From the NCBI GenBank assembly GCA_964016885.1, contig OZ024742.1, forward strand, positions 200,632,001 to 200,696,000: 64,000 nt of DNA, in the 5' to 3' direction. This DNA is from Eledone cirrhosa (lineage: Eukaryota). Numbering within the stretch: the first letter of the stretch is position 1; every line of letters starts with the position of its first letter. Both the position numbers and the translations under genes were made by a program. The notes under the pieces are model-generated. The model did no database searches and was not told the origin of the DNA. It saw nothing but the letters and a program-made list of their open reading frames with translations. Below, piece after piece: positions 39,112 through 59,541 of the stretch.

Positions 39112-39265
39112 TATCATCATCATCATCATTATCATCATCATCATCATCATTATCATCATCATATTCATCATCATCCTTATTATCATCATCAGCATAATTA
39201 TCATTGTCATCTTCATTTTCATTATCATCATTGTCATCATCATCATCATCGCCATCATCATCATC

Positions 39266-39316
<51 letters not shown>

Positions 39317-39330
39317 ATTATAATCATCAT
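39060..39330. repeat. (CAT)n-rich tract
   Basis: Direct inspection. Confidence 0.95.
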
Positions 39331-39447
39331 TATCCCCCTCCATTCTTGACATTCTTATCACCCCATTTAAACTTCAATTCCTTTCTTTATATTAAAGCTA
39401 ACTGTAGAATGAACGAAACATTATCTCTTTCTAGAGTGTAAATAGCA

Positions 39448-39516
<69 letters not shown>

Positions 39517-40128
39517 ACACACACACATACTCGCACGCACACACCCACACGCACACACCCACACACCCACACACCCACGCACACACACACGCACACATAC
39601 GGGCAAAAAACACACACACACATACGGGCAAACACACACACACACACATACAGGCAAACACACACACACACACACATACGGGCAAACACACATACACACA
39701 AGCACTCACATTCACACACATACAGATACATTACATATATATGCAAACACACAAACTCACACACACGCACACACAAAATACAAACACTAACGCACACGTT
39801 TACAAATATATACAAACATATGCATATACGCACGCTTACAGACACAAAGCTTACAGACACAAAGCTCACGCACACTCACACGGAAAACACACATGCGTAC
39901 ACACCCGCACACACATAAGCACACACACGAATACACACAAACACATGCACACACACGCATACATGCGGAAAAAGAAGAAAAAGGTTTTTTTAATTGGTTC
40001 ATTAAAATACATTTCCTTCTTCAACTTAATCTAAGCAGACCCCCTTTTAACAAGACCTTATTATGTAGTCAGACCCTATAAAATAGTGGGACTCTTTCAA
40101 AAAAGAAAGTTCCCTGCCCTCTCTCACC

Positions 40129-40198
<70 letters not shown>

Positions 40199-40218
40199 AT
40201 CTATCCATCCATCCATCC

Positions 40219-40278
<60 letters not shown>

Positions 40279-41604
40279 GTCTATCTATCTATCTATCTAT
40301 CTGTCTGTCTGTCTATCTATATTTCTTTTTATATCTCTCCCCCCTTTCTCATTTTCTCATCAAATATATGTTGAACCATTTCCCAAATGAATAGTAGCGT
40401 ACCTAATTTTAACAACAATAACAACAACAGGCACAACGACATTATCAAAAATGACATCATCATCATCATCATCAACAACAAAAACAAATACAACCACCAC
40501 AGCAACAACATCAACAGTAGCAACAAACTAATATCAACAGTAGCAACAAACCAATATCAACAACAACAACAATAGCAACAACAACAACAACAACAACACC
40601 AACAACAACAACATCATCCTCATCATGAACAAAATTAACAGACAGTAATAACGTCATCAGCAACCACTACCACAATAACATAAACAACAAAAAACAAATA
40701 TAAGTCGACGACATTAACAACAATAAGCACAAAATTGATATTTATAACTAAAAAAATTAAAACTTCACGGAAAGAAAACAAAACGAACACCACAAAAAAA
40801 AACCAAAAAAAAAAACGAAAAACCAAAAAAGAAAGGAAAAACGAAAAAAAAAACGAAAAGGAAAATAACCTAAAATAGAAATAGTTTTTCGTTTTTTTCA
40901 ATGAAAAACAATATGGCTGAATTTTATTTCGGAAGAATATTTACCATATTTAGTTATTCAAAAGAAAGGAAAGAAGCTGCTTGTAAAATCGGACAAAAGA
41001 AGCCATATTTTTTTTATTGGTTTTTCAATTAATATTATCAGCCACTCACTACTACTGGTAAAATATTTTGCTCAAGAATACATACAACACGTCGCCTGAT
41101 CCAGGAATCAGACCCATTACCATTTGATCGCCCTAACCAGTAGGTCACTCACATTTTTTTCAGTTATTTAAAGAGATAATATTCCATAATAAAATAATTA
41201 TATCGATCCCTTTCTTGTCAAAACGTCAGCTTACGGAGCATTAACACATATATACACACATACACACATATATATATGGTCTCTCAATAACTTTCTCTTT
41301 CCTTCTCTATAAGCAGGTTTTGGGATCTGGTGTGGGATGCTATCCGCCAAGTTTAAATTGCCTTAGACACGCTGTACGTTATGACGACGCCCCTACGACG
41401 TCATCAAGAGATACGGCTATGTATATTTAAGATAAAATTTAATAAAAAATAACATATGATGAAATATTGTAAAATAAAACAATTTAAAATTATAGAGAGT
41501 AAAATGAAAATAATATAACATTTTAGATAATAAAATTAAATAATATCTTATAAAATTGAAGAGAAACATGATAAGAAATAAAAATAACTTGGTTATTGTT
41601 CGTT

Positions 41605-41700
41605 TAATTGGTGGTTTGTCCGTATAATTGATGGTTTGTCTGTATAATTGGTGGCTTGTCCGTATAATTGGCGGATTTTGTGTGTAACTGGTGGGTTGGA
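41605..41700. repeat. 20-bp minisatellite, about 5 copies
   Basis: Unit TAATTGGTGGTTTGTCCGTA. Confidence 0.85.
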
Positions 41701-42726
41701 CAAATTATTGTTGTCATTAGAGACGCATTAATAGGAATTTATTAATTTTAGAAATATGTATAAAAGGGGAACGGTGAAGTGGAGTGAATATGGATAGAAT
41801 GCGGGCTGGCATTGCAACTTAGGCCAAGTAGACAACTGCCTAGGGCTCAAATCTGAGAAAGGTGCGTTACTGAATATTAAAGGATCACAGTATTATACAA
41901 ATTTGTATGAAGGTAGTGTAGATTTCTTGAAGCATTATCTTAAGTGTAGAAAATAGTGTAGCAATGCAAATAAGACCTTAAATGTAAAAAGTAACGATAA
42001 CAAAGATGTTAGAATGTGACCATGGAGTTGTTTAAAAATCTGTATATTTCGGGATAAACTCCTTTCATTAATAGAATTATTTTAAATATTTAATGTACCA
42101 AATCTTAAGATTTATCGAGGCGTTTGGATGATTTGAATCCAAACAGAGAATCGCTATAGATAACTATAGATTTAAAAAATCAACTAAAATACCATTAGGA
42201 ACAGAAAAATGTGCCCAGAAGCCACTCTATTTTATCCAGTTTTCTAAAGCTCTAATTATTTACAGCGATTCTCTGTTTGGATTCCAACGATTCGTATTTA
42301 GTGACCATTTGCATTGCTGTAGCCGTCTAATAGAACACACTATAAATTAAATATATAATAGTTTGCTCTGATACGACAGGTTATGTCGTTTATTTTTCTT
42401 AGTGTGGTCCTAGCAAGAAATATAAAACCATATTCGTCAACATACCTACGTATATCAAATGAGAGAATGGCACGCACAGCTTGGAGAAGAGTACGTACAT
42501 TATAGAGCTAGCACAGAACATTAAATACCCAGGTGCCGGCTCAGTATGTGAGATATTCTATATTTAAATATCATTTGAAATTGGATTGAAAATAAACCCA
42601 TCGAGATACTGCCTGCTTATATAGATGTTCAGTTGTACTATCGAGTTAAGATAGAGGTAGATAAACTGATAAAAGTCGAGTGGAGAGAGATTAAATGAGA
42701 AACAGAATGTTATACACAGACATGCA

Positions 42727-42803
<77 letters not shown>

Positions 42804-42950
42804 CGACACACGTATATATATATATATATATATGCATATGTATATATATAAATTTATACACATATAGACTTTAACAATACCTATCAACTACGTTTACCTC
42901 TTTTTCTCTCTTTTCTTTCTCTCATTCACTATGCATGTATATGTATGTTT

Positions 42951-43017
<67 letters not shown>

Positions 43018-43020
<3 letters not shown>

Positions 43021-43202
43021 CGAAGGAAATGTGGTAAGGAACCAGGTGGACCATAACGCACCAAAGTACTCAATACTTAGGGTAGTAGAGTGGGTAATAG
43101 GAACAAGTAAGACCCCGACGGCTGAGCTCAAGCCGTTTCGACGGCTAATCCAGAATTAGCCGTCGAAACGGCTTGAGCTCAGCCATCGGGGTCTTACTTG
43201 TT

Positions 43203-43207
<5 letters not shown>
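43018..43207. mobile_element. HHR mini-element family B, fold-back copy
   Basis: Palindrome 43097-43207 centred on GACGGCTAAT ccaga ATTAGCCGTC-GAAA. The tail is shared with 13085, 33092 and 54736. Confidence 0.88.
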
Positions 43208-43254
<47 letters not shown>

Positions 43255-43273
43255 CGTCTGTGTGTGTGTGTAA

Positions 43274-43320
<47 letters not shown>

Positions 43321-43708
43321 AGTATGTATGCATGTGTGTGTGTAGAAACTGGGCAGACTACAGATTCGCATATTTAGGTGCAGATTTGATACAGCGTTTA
43401 ATAATATTTTGACACGATGTGAATTAAAATCTTCGTAAAATGTCTACAGTATGAAGCATTTCCCTCTTGGTTTGTGTCGGGTCAATATAGCTGAAGTTTA
43501 ATTGAAATTTGTGTGATGGGTCTACATATTTCTGAAGACAGCATATATATGTGTAGGTATGTATATTCCCTCTGATAGTTTGTAAAAATTTTACATAGAT
43601 CTATATGATATACACACCAACACACACATATATATCCTAGAAACGATCGTAAAATGATGAATTTTTTAATATAAGGAACTGTTTCTTTGTTTTTATTCAT
43701 TATTTTTA

Positions 43709-43756
<48 letters not shown>

Positions 43757-43762
43757 ATACAC

Positions 43763-43801
<39 letters not shown>

Positions 43802-44015
43802 CATACAAGCCCTCGTACAGACAAGGAATTCAATGTACCTTATAACGTGTCTGTCTAAGAAATAGAAGAAACGGCGACATCTGTTGTTAAATTCATCTCT
43901 CTTTGTTTCCACTGAAACTTAACGACTCACACCATCTGAATAATATGTCTGTCAGTTTGCCTTCCTTTCGCTTTCTATATATGTACATCATTGTGTGTTT
44001 ACGGTTGGAAATATG

Positions 44016-44110
<95 letters not shown>

Positions 44111-44186
44111 TTATATAAGTATGTATGTGATATATGCGTCCGCGCGTGTGTATATATTCATGTATATATATATATACACACACACA

Positions 44187-44236
<50 letters not shown>

Positions 44237-44587
44237 GTGTGTGTGTGTGTGTACTTTACAGTCAAATCAATAACTGAGTATATTTCAATATGTTTAAATT
44301 CAGGCCATATCGATCTTGTTCCATTAACTATTAAATAGCTTTAACCTTTCTCAAAATGTTTCGTTGAAAACATGTTACAAGGTTTTCTTAAATCCACTTG
44401 ATAACTGTCTTTGAATATTCCGTCATAACATCATGGTTTTGTTGTGGTAATTATATACTTTACATAAGGTAATGGGTGTCTACCGTCACGTAGAAGAGAT
44501 GTTTAGGGAAGCAATGCTTCCATTGCTCCTTAGGGATCCATACCACCAATGTGCATCAATGTGTATCAATATCCAACAATATGTACG

Positions 44588-44772
44588 GTGTATTGGCAGT
44601 ATCGGTAGAGGGTCGGACGCCATGCTTTGCAGCATAGAGTTAGTCTCTTTATGATCTGAGTTCAAATCCCGCCGAGGTTAACTTTGCCTTTCATTCTAAC
44701 GGGGTCGATAAAATAAAGCACCAATAATGTACTGGGATAATTGGTGGTCTTGTGCCAAAAGTAGAAACAATT
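44588..44772 (+). mobile_element. SINE family A
   Basis: Full-length match. Confidence 0.88.
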
Positions 44773-44986
44773 ATATTATATATATATATATATATATATA
44801 CATTTGAAACAAGGAAAATGTAGTTAGAACTCTATATCAATATAATTTTATAATTCTACAATTTTGCTATTTAGATCTAATAAGTCCTTTGTTAACTTCG
44901 GTGGAATTTTTATATATGTTAGACAAACCCTGTATCTCAATTATACTTTTAAAATTCTTATTTATATATTTATATATATATATATA

Positions 44987-45101
<115 letters not shown>

Positions 45102-45316
45102 TAGGTGTGTAAGTATAGGTTTAGGTGTGTCTGCAGATGTCATAGAAGAGTCGGGCTCCGGTCATTATGAGTGTAGTCTGAGCTAATCGATATCGAAACA
45201 ATTGTAATATGCCTATAAAGTTTGTACATATGCTGCAACATTGACTTCAATTCTACTTTCTCTCTCATCCCCCCTCTCTATCTATCTATTTATCTCTCTC
45301 TATATATACATATGTT

Positions 45317-45344
<28 letters not shown>

Positions 45345-45352
<8 letters not shown>

Positions 45353-45718
45353 AAATACCACTTTGGAAGAAGAATCAGGATGGAGAGAGAGGTGCTGTAC
45401 CCCAGCAAGTTTTATGAAAGGTGGGTGAAAGTGGCGAGAATGGCCCGAGTGAATGGGCCTTCTCTCTATATCAGCCTGTAGGTTGAGGAAAAGGAGGAGG
45501 AGAGGAAAGGAGTACAAGCTCTTCGTACTCCTGGAGATGAGGGTTGCACATTTTTTTCGGGGGTCTGTGTTACCCATATAAACTGTCTCCCTCTATTGGG
45601 GAAAATCGACTAACTTTTAAATTCCATCTGTGATAACATTTTACACGTTTTTATTGTATGTAAACTTCCCCCTTTGTATTTGTCCCCTTCTTTTGTGCCC
45701 CTGTGGCTAATAAAGAAA
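45345..45718 (+). mobile_element. 3' fragment of the same Tx1-like LINE, again embedded in (TATC)n
   Basis: High identity to 10558-10927. (TATC)n at 45317-45344 and 45720-45806. Confidence 0.93.
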
Positions 45719-45720
45719 TA

Positions 45721-45807
<87 letters not shown>

Positions 45808-46559
45808 ATCTCTCTCTCTCTATATATATATATAGATATATATATTATTTTATCTCTATATATATATATATCAAATTCGCTAGCCGTTTGTAAACAAAGC
45901 CTGCTCTGTGTCTCCTTATTTATATACATATATATATATACCTGCTATGGTTATATAGCTTCTAATTGAATTACAGAAGGCATGGGTGGCCTGTTGGTGT
46001 AATGATAATACATTGGTCCGGCAAACCAAAGATGTGGTTTCATGTCCTATGTATGGCAATACTGATCCATTTTTTATCCATTCAGAGGGTTTTCTAAAAT
46101 CCAAACTAACAGACTAATTCTATTTAGTCAAATACGGCGTAAGCACATGTTACTGTATATATATATATATATATAGTATAATACTCGTGTAATAGTCAAT
46201 CTCGTGTAAAAGGCGACCACATGATTTTAGCCCCAAAAATCTGAAATTTGTTATACACTTAGTATTTCACGGATAACAAGTCAACATTTGTGGATTACTT
46301 TATGTAGAAAAACAGTCACAAAATCGTCATAAATTAAAAAAAATCTATTTTATCATATTTTCCCTCGAGACCTTTACAGCACGTTTCTGACAAGAACACT
46401 AGACTTTCAGAATCTTATCATCGGGTAGAGCCGGCTTAGCTACACTCAGCCATGTCTTATCAGGTATCCGTGAAATGGTATTGCTATACTCCAATAGATA
46501 TTTCAACAGGAGAGTTCTTAACAGGATAGGTGTTGATGAAAATATTAATTAAATACTTT

Positions 46560-46930
46560 AGACACAAGGCCAGCAATTTTATGGGAGGGGAAAGTCGATT
46601 AATTCAACCCCAGTGCATTACTGGTACTTTATTTTATCGACCCCGTAAGGATGAAAGGCAAAGTTAACCTCGGCGGGATTTGAACTCAGATCATAAAGGG
46701 GCGTAATCCTATGCCATAAAGCATATTGTTCGACGCATTACCGATACTGCCAATCTACCAATCTATACTAAATAATTGTTTCTACTTTAGGCACAAGGCC
46801 AGCAATTATCCCAGTGCATTACTGGTACTTTATTTTATCGACCCTGTAAGGATGAAAGGCAAAGTCAACCTCGGCGGGATTTGAACTCAGATCGTAAAGG
46901 GACGTAACTATGCTGGAAAGCATGGCGTAC
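46560..46930 (-). mobile_element. Two tandem family A SINEs
   Basis: Core repeated at ~46620 and ~46820. Confidence 0.88.
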
Positions 46931-47004
46931 TAAATAATACTATTACACTATTGATGTAAAGGAATTATATTGGATTATTACCATAACTCATTGTATGTGT
47001 GTGT

Positions 47005-47056
<52 letters not shown>

Positions 47057-47096
47057 GAGAGAGAGAGAGAGAGAGAGAGAGAAATGTATTCACACG

Positions 47097-47290
47097 TTAC
47101 AGGAGGGGGCTGAAAGGTTCATAGGCTGACTATGAGAGAATGATGCTGTGAAAGTTTACTTGCATTGATTTCAACTGTTCTTATTAATAACTGCGTTTCT
47201 TTCCAGGGACATGTTAAACAATGAACCTCATTTGGTCATTCCATGAGAGTATCTTGGTTCGACTATGAACTTTTCAACCAAACATCGTGA
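47097..47290. mobile_element. Mariner-type MITE remnant
   Basis: GGCTGAAAGGTTCATAG pairs with CTATGAACTTTTCAACC. Confidence 0.55.
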
Positions 47291-47515
47291 GAATATATAG
47301 GTTAATGTATATACATACATACACACACACATATATATACACTATATATATATATATAAATGTATGTGTATGTGTGTATGTGTGTGTGTGTACACGTGTC
47401 TCTGTGTGTGAGTTCCGGGTTAATCGGGGGAAGCCACAGTAAGCTTTCCTGATGATTTTTTCACGAATGAAACGATTCTAGTCCTGTAGGAGGCATTTCT
47501 ATATCAAATTGTATG

Positions 47516-47615
<100 letters not shown>

Positions 47616-47942
47616 GTAATCGTTTTTCGAATATTAATAATAATATTCGATTCGTTTGCAACTATGCAAACAACCCTCACTTTTAAAGCCTCTCATTCTT
47701 GTATATATATATATATAGAGAGAGAGAGAGAAATAGATAGATAGATAGATACATATTTATATATATATAGGGAAAGGTTTAACCCCAAAGGCAGAGCTTA
47801 AGCCGTTCCTTACCACACTTCCTTCGTTATATATACACATATACATATATATATATGTAGGAGGTGAATTTTATTGTAGTACAATAAAGCAATGCAGATA
47901 TCGGCTAAGAAGCACTCTACAGTTTGTAGGACTGGAGTATAC

Positions 47943-48207
47943 ATAATATATAAGATCAAAAGATGGTTAAAGGAGTTCCATGTATTTTATTATGCGCATT
48001 TCAAAAACAAACATCATCATGCAATAATATTTGTGTTTTCATCAGATATGTTGATTTAAAACTGCACTATCCACAAGTGTTTTTTAACCTTCATATCATG
48101 TCCTCCTGTTTTATCTGATGAAAACACAAATATTATTGCATGATGATGTTTGTTTTTGAAATGCGCATAATAAAATACATGGAACTCCTTTAACCATCTT
48201 TTGATCT

Positions 48208-48220
<13 letters not shown>
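47943..48220. mobile_element. Fold-back HHR mini-element with identical arms of about 105 bp
   Basis: 47943-48048 is the reverse complement of 48112-48217; (TA)n follows. Confidence 0.9.
48109..48175 (+). ncRNA. Type I hammerhead ribozyme, complete
   Basis: TTTTAT-CTGATGA-AAACACAAATATTA..TGATGTTTGTTTTT-GAAA-TGCGCA-TA-ATAAAA. Stem I has 6 bp and stem III is palindromic. Confidence 0.88.
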
Positions 48221-48264
<44 letters not shown>

Positions 48265-48514
48265 TATATATGTATGTTGCATATCCACTGTACTGGCATC
48301 TACCTATCTATGGTAAGGCAATAACTTTGTTAAAACTGCATGTAGTCCAGAAGTAATAATTACAATGAGATCAGATGATGAGACTTCTTGTTTTTGTAGT
48401 AGACTTTCATCATATCGGATTCCGTTGTACATTGTAAACGAGCTACAATTATATATTTATATATTGGACAATAAAAACAAAAGGCGAGTTTACTGATTAA
48501 TCAGTCCAACAGAT

Positions 48515-48556
<42 letters not shown>

Positions 48557-48631
48557 GTATATGTGTGTGCGTGTGCGTGCCTATATATAGGCATATATAC
48601 ATATATGCATATATATATCTATATATATCTA

Positions 48632-48726
<95 letters not shown>

Positions 48727-48758
48727 GTATACATATATATATATATATATGTATATAC

Positions 48759-48795
<37 letters not shown>

Positions 48796-48985
48796 CTTAT
48801 ATAAATGCATATCTATATATACATATATATACATATACATATATATATGTACATATATATGTATATATATATGCATATATATATGTATATATATATATAT
48901 TTATATATATATTTATATATATACATATATATATATACATATATATATATATACATATATATGCATACATACACACATACATATT

Positions 48986-49073
<88 letters not shown>

Positions 49074-49299
49074 GATATATATATATATAATGCAAATATA
49101 AATGCATATATATACAAATATATGTCTATATATACAATACATATATGATCGAAAGCTTTTACGTTGAAGAACTGAAGGAAATAAAATACAGAGGCGGTAC
49201 AAAGTTTATATCAAAATTTATTTCAAATATAGATACAATTGTAGTGTTATTTCATTTAAACTTTACACGTATATATGAGTGTAACCTATCTGTTATTAT

Positions 49300-49602
49300 T
49301 TGGCAGTATCAAGACCCACCGAGGTTAACTTTGCCTTTCATCCTTAACGGGTCGATAAAATAAAGTACCAGTAATACACTGGAATAATTGCTGGCCTTGT
49401 GCCAAAAGTAGAAACAATTATTTGGCAGTATCTGTAGAGGGTCGGACGCCATGCTTTGACGCATAGAGTTACGGCCTTTTATGATCTGTGTTCAAATCCC
49501 CTCGAGGTTAACTTTACCTTTCATCCTTACGGGGTCGATAAAATAAAGTACCAGTAATGCACTGGGATAATTGTTGGCCTTGTGCCAAAAGTAGAAGCAA
49601 TT
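49300..49602 (+). mobile_element. Two tandem family A SINEs (the first internally deleted)
   Basis: Core repeated at ~49320 and ~49505. Confidence 0.85.
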
Positions 49603-49907
49603 ATATGTATATATACACACACATATACATACATACAAACACACACATATATATATACATATATATATATGTACATGTGTGTGCATATATACATACATAC
49701 ATATATATATATATAAATATATATGTACGTGTGTGTGCATATAGAAAGAAATACATGTAAAATCCCAAATTTACATATCGGTACGCCACTCTGCATATTA
49801 TCGTTCATTGAGTATTTCCATGATCTGTGGACTCCCGGCTCTCATCTCAGTAGACTCTCTCTCTTTCTCTCTCACTCTCTTTCTGTCTGTCTCTGTGTCT
49901 CTCCCCC

Positions 49908-49938
<31 letters not shown>

Positions 49939-49939
49939 A

Positions 49940-49973
<34 letters not shown>

Positions 49974-50281
49974 GTATATATGAAGTATTTCCCTCCCCCT
50001 CTCTCTATATATATATGTATATAAGAAGTATTTCCGTAGGGAAGGTAAAGGAAAAGAGAGTGCTCTATTCTTTCTGGTGACTGAAGACAGATATAAATAT
50101 CTGTCCTCAAGAAACCAATGGTAAATGAAATAATTATCTTATGCTGTTTATTATATATATATATATACCAACAACTTTGCAAGAGATGTCAACATCAATG
50201 GACCTGATATTTTTATCTAAAGATATTTTTTGCAATTCCAACCCGCCCGTCCCCTCAATCTATCTAATTTCTCATCCTTTC

Positions 50282-50313
50282 TTCTGATGAAGGACTAGCG
50301 TCCGAAACGTTAA
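50282..50313 (+). ncRNA. Minimal HHR motif, family D (relatives at 22606-22642 and 59312-59349)
   Basis: CTGATGA-A-GGAC tagc GTCC-GAAA-CG-TT after a pyrimidine-rich stretch. Confidence 0.65.
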
Positions 50314-50399
50314 TACCCTCTTCCTGCTATATCAAGCGTTAAGCTAATATATCTCTTCCATATACTGTACCGATTGTGTGGTTATTTCTTTTTACCTTT

Positions 50400-55625
<5,226 letters not shown>

Positions 55626-56538
55626 ACGATATTAATAAATGGAAACTATATTTATAAAACCATATTTATTTCATTATACATATTTCAGGGATACCAAATT
55701 AAATTATGGTATGCCTTCATCAGACAAAATACAATATATAACAGTTTTACAAATAAGCTTTGACGTACCCTTTTAAAATGCGACCATTATTTTTGGAAGC
55801 CATATGGCGGTGGATTGGCAGTATCGGTAGAGAGTCGGACGTCATGCTTTCCAGCATAGTTACGTCCCTTTACGATCAGAGTTCAAATCCTGCCGAGGTT
55901 GACTTTGCCTTTCATCCTTACGGGGTCGATACAAATAAAGTACCAGTAACGCACAGGGTAATTGCTGGCCTTGTGCCTAAAGTAGAAACAATTATTTTGG
56001 AAGCCATCTGGATAGTGAATTGTTTATATTATTTTAATAAGTCTTAGTGTTAAGGACAATTAGAAAAAGACGGAGAGAAAGAAAGAAAAAAAAAAAAAAA
56101 GACGGAGTGAGAGAAAAAAGAAAAAGAAAAAACGTGGAGAAATATCGGAGAGAGAGAAATGCATGGAGAAAAAAGGAAGAGATAAATTTTTTTTTTTTTC
56201 TTTCTCTCCGTCTTTTTCTAATTGTCCTTAACACTAAGACTTATTAAAATAATATAAACAATTCACTATCCAGATGGCTTCCAAAAATAATGGTCGCACT
56301 TTAAAAGGGTACGTCAAAGCTTATTTGTAAAACTGTTATATATTGTATTTTGTCTGATGAAGGCATACCATAATTTAATTTGGTATCCCTGAAATATGTA
56401 TAATGAAATAAATATGGTTTTATAAATATAGTTTCCATTTATTAATATCGTATATCTACTCCAAATACTTGTCGAGTGCTTTATATCAGTTATAAAAATA
56501 TTTACTTGTTGTATCCCAACAACTTTAAATAGAACTTT

Positions 56539-56545
<7 letters not shown>
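55626..56545. mobile_element. Large fold-back HHR element with arms of about 270 bp; HHR at 56348-56404 (plus) with its mirror in the left arm
   Basis: 55626-56100 minus the SINE is the reverse complement of 56187-56452. CTGATGA-AGGCATACCA..TGGTATCCCT-GAAA. Confidence 0.88.
55804..55992 (+). mobile_element. SINE family A inserted in the left arm with a TSD of about 17 bp
   Basis: ATTATTTT(T)GGAAGCCAT on both sides; absent from the right arm. Confidence 0.92.
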
Positions 56546-56603
<58 letters not shown>

Positions 56604-56624
56604 TTATATATATATTTATATATA

Positions 56625-56715
<91 letters not shown>

Positions 56716-56724
56716 TTATATATA

Positions 56725-56839
<115 letters not shown>

Positions 56840-57003
56840 TTATATATATATTTATATATATATATATATATATACATATATAAGCAACCGGGCTAAACTA
56901 CTATGATTTAATATAGGGAGTGTAAATGGTGTTTAAAATCCTTTTATGCATAAAAAAATACCGAAACCTCGCTATGGTACCTAATCCCTGATTATGTCAC
57001 AGT

Positions 57004-57076
<73 letters not shown>

Positions 57077-57091
57077 TTATATTTATGTATA

Positions 57092-57125
<34 letters not shown>

Positions 57126-57221
57126 AATATAAATTAGCGAGAATCGTTTTCAGCTCAGGAATTAACGAAAATCAACGTCCGATATGTGTGGCAAGCGCTC
57201 GATGAATCATATGAATCAGAG

Positions 57222-57294
<73 letters not shown>

Positions 57295-57300
57295 ATATAT

Positions 57301-57486
57301 AGGTTATTCCGGGTTGAATCGAAGGTAACCACAGTAAGTAAGGTACTCAATACATAGCAGAGTATAAGTTTTAATGTAGAAGAGGTTCTACAGGACCAGA
57401 ACTGTTTCATTCGTGAGAAATCATCAGGCTTCCTGATGATTTCTCACGAATGAAATAGTTCTAGTCCTGTTTAAGCTTTTCTATAT

Positions 57487-57490
<4 letters not shown>
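57301..57490. mobile_element. HHR mini-element family E: two back-to-back ribozymes (relatives at 47410-47510, 53338-53520 and 32575-32700)
   Basis: Consensus TTC-CTGATGA-TTTC tcac GAAT-GAAA-CAG ttctagtc CTG-TA-GAA, present on both strands around 57428. Confidence 0.8.
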
Positions 57491-57527
<37 letters not shown>

Positions 57528-57625
57528 AAATATAGAGAAAAATACTGCAGGTAGCACATGGATAACATGTAATAAAATGAGTCCCTCATCAGTGATTTGC
57601 CGAAGATCATAGATATATATATATA

Positions 57626-58406
57626 TAGGTTTAGGAATAACCAAAGAGTGCTTAGAAATACATATTTATATTAGCTAGCAGTATTTAAGGCAGGAATCAT
57701 CAGAGCCTATAAACAAGAGTATATCAATAGTTGCATGCTCCATCAAGCTGCGTCACCAGAACAATTGACCGTGGGGTGCTGATAAGATACGGTGGATCGA
57801 CCTATTACAAGGCGGTATAACCTTCCTATAGACAATCCTACATGTAAAGCTGCACCAACTATCCTTCTCACAGACTCATGCTTGCAAGATCTCTTAATCT
57901 GCCTGCACATCCTGTATCTACACTGCTTCTGCTTTGATGTATCTATGCCTTGATTTGTTTCTTTCTTTTGGTGTTTTGCATCTGCGTTTTTTATTGTTTT
58001 TTATTCATTTTTATTTTTTTATTTGTTTGATCATGCTGAGTAACACCTTCACTCATTGCCTGCTACCCTCTCCCAACCTCCTTGTCATCTATTGCACCAT
58101 GCAAATGATACATTTTTGATGTGATCTTTGATGTAATTTTTTATGATATTTTTTATGACATTTTTTATAACATTTTATGACAGTATATGCGTCATGAATT
58201 GTGTCTATTTCTATTTAACGCTGGCCTCGGGACCCCCCTGCTGGCCCCTTAACCTTGTTCTGGTGAGGCAGCTTGATGGAGCATGCAACTATTGATATAC
58301 TCTTGTTTATAGGCTCTGATTATTCCTGCCTTAGGGTACGGATGAAACACTGTTAGCTAATAAAACAATGTAGTTCTAAGCACTCTTTGGTTATTCCTAA
58401 ACCTAT
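57626..58406. mobile_element. PLE-like terminal region with an inverted partial copy; HHR at 58312-58358
   Basis: 57626-57765 is the reverse complement of 58255-58406. GGCT-CTGAT(T/G)A-TTCCTGCC ttag GGTACGGAT-GAAA-CACTG-TT-AGCT, followed by AATAAA. Confidence 0.8.
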
Positions 58407-58530
58407 GACGGCTCTGTAGTATACCAGTTATCCTACATTGAGCTAAAACCACACTGTCATACCAAGGGCAATATATCTGCGTGTCTGGGCACATTGATAT
58501 ATTTGTCAACGAAACTATATATATATATAA

Positions 58531-58604
<74 letters not shown>

Positions 58605-58779
58605 CTTCACTTGGTCTCAGTACCGAATCAGTAAACTTCACTGAAGAGGGATATATGCTGTGAAATACTAACTTGTGGCCTTCTGACCCGGCTACGGAGG
58701 CTGTTTGGACATACAATGTTATGTACTATTGCAAGACCTATGCATGCATATTGCATATATGTGTATTATTCATTATGTT

Positions 58780-58945
58780 TTGGCAGTACCGGTAGAGAGT
58801 AGGACGCCATGCTTTCCAGCATAGTTACGTCCCTTTACGATCTGAGTTCAAATCCCGCCGAGGTTAACTTTGCCTTTCATCCTTACGGGGTCGATAAAAT
58901 AAAGTACCAGTAATTGCTGGCCTTGTGTCAAAAGTAGAAACAATT
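58780..58945 (+). mobile_element. SINE family A
   Basis: Head, core and tail match. Confidence 0.88.
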
Positions 58946-58998
58946 ATGATAATATACAGACACATACAAACAGACACACACACACATACACACACACA

Positions 58999-59064
<66 letters not shown>

Positions 59065-59541
59065 CATATTTATTTATGCATATATGTACATATGTATATA
59101 CCCATATACATGTATATATGTACATGCATATAAATACCCATATACATATATTCATATAAATACCCATATACATGTATGTATGTATGTATGTATGTATGTA
59201 TGTATGTATGTGTATACACAAACATACATGCATAGCTGACTAAATACACACGTGCCTTTTCTCAAAAATGTTTTTCCGTTCCTTCCTTTTCATCACTTTC
59301 TTTTCATTCTATCTCCTGAAGAAGGTCTTGTGTCTGAAACGTAAGGAGACTTTTATTACAATATCAAGCAATAAACTGATATATTTTCCATTGTACTGTC
59401 CCGTTCGCTTTGTTGCTTGTAATCAGTGCCAGATTTACGATTGTGTTTATGTGTGCTTAAGCACAGTCCTCCGTTGGCCAGGGAGGCCTATCTTCCTGCC
59501 AAATATTTTTTAACTTCCTCCAGGGCCTAAGTAAGAGGCCT

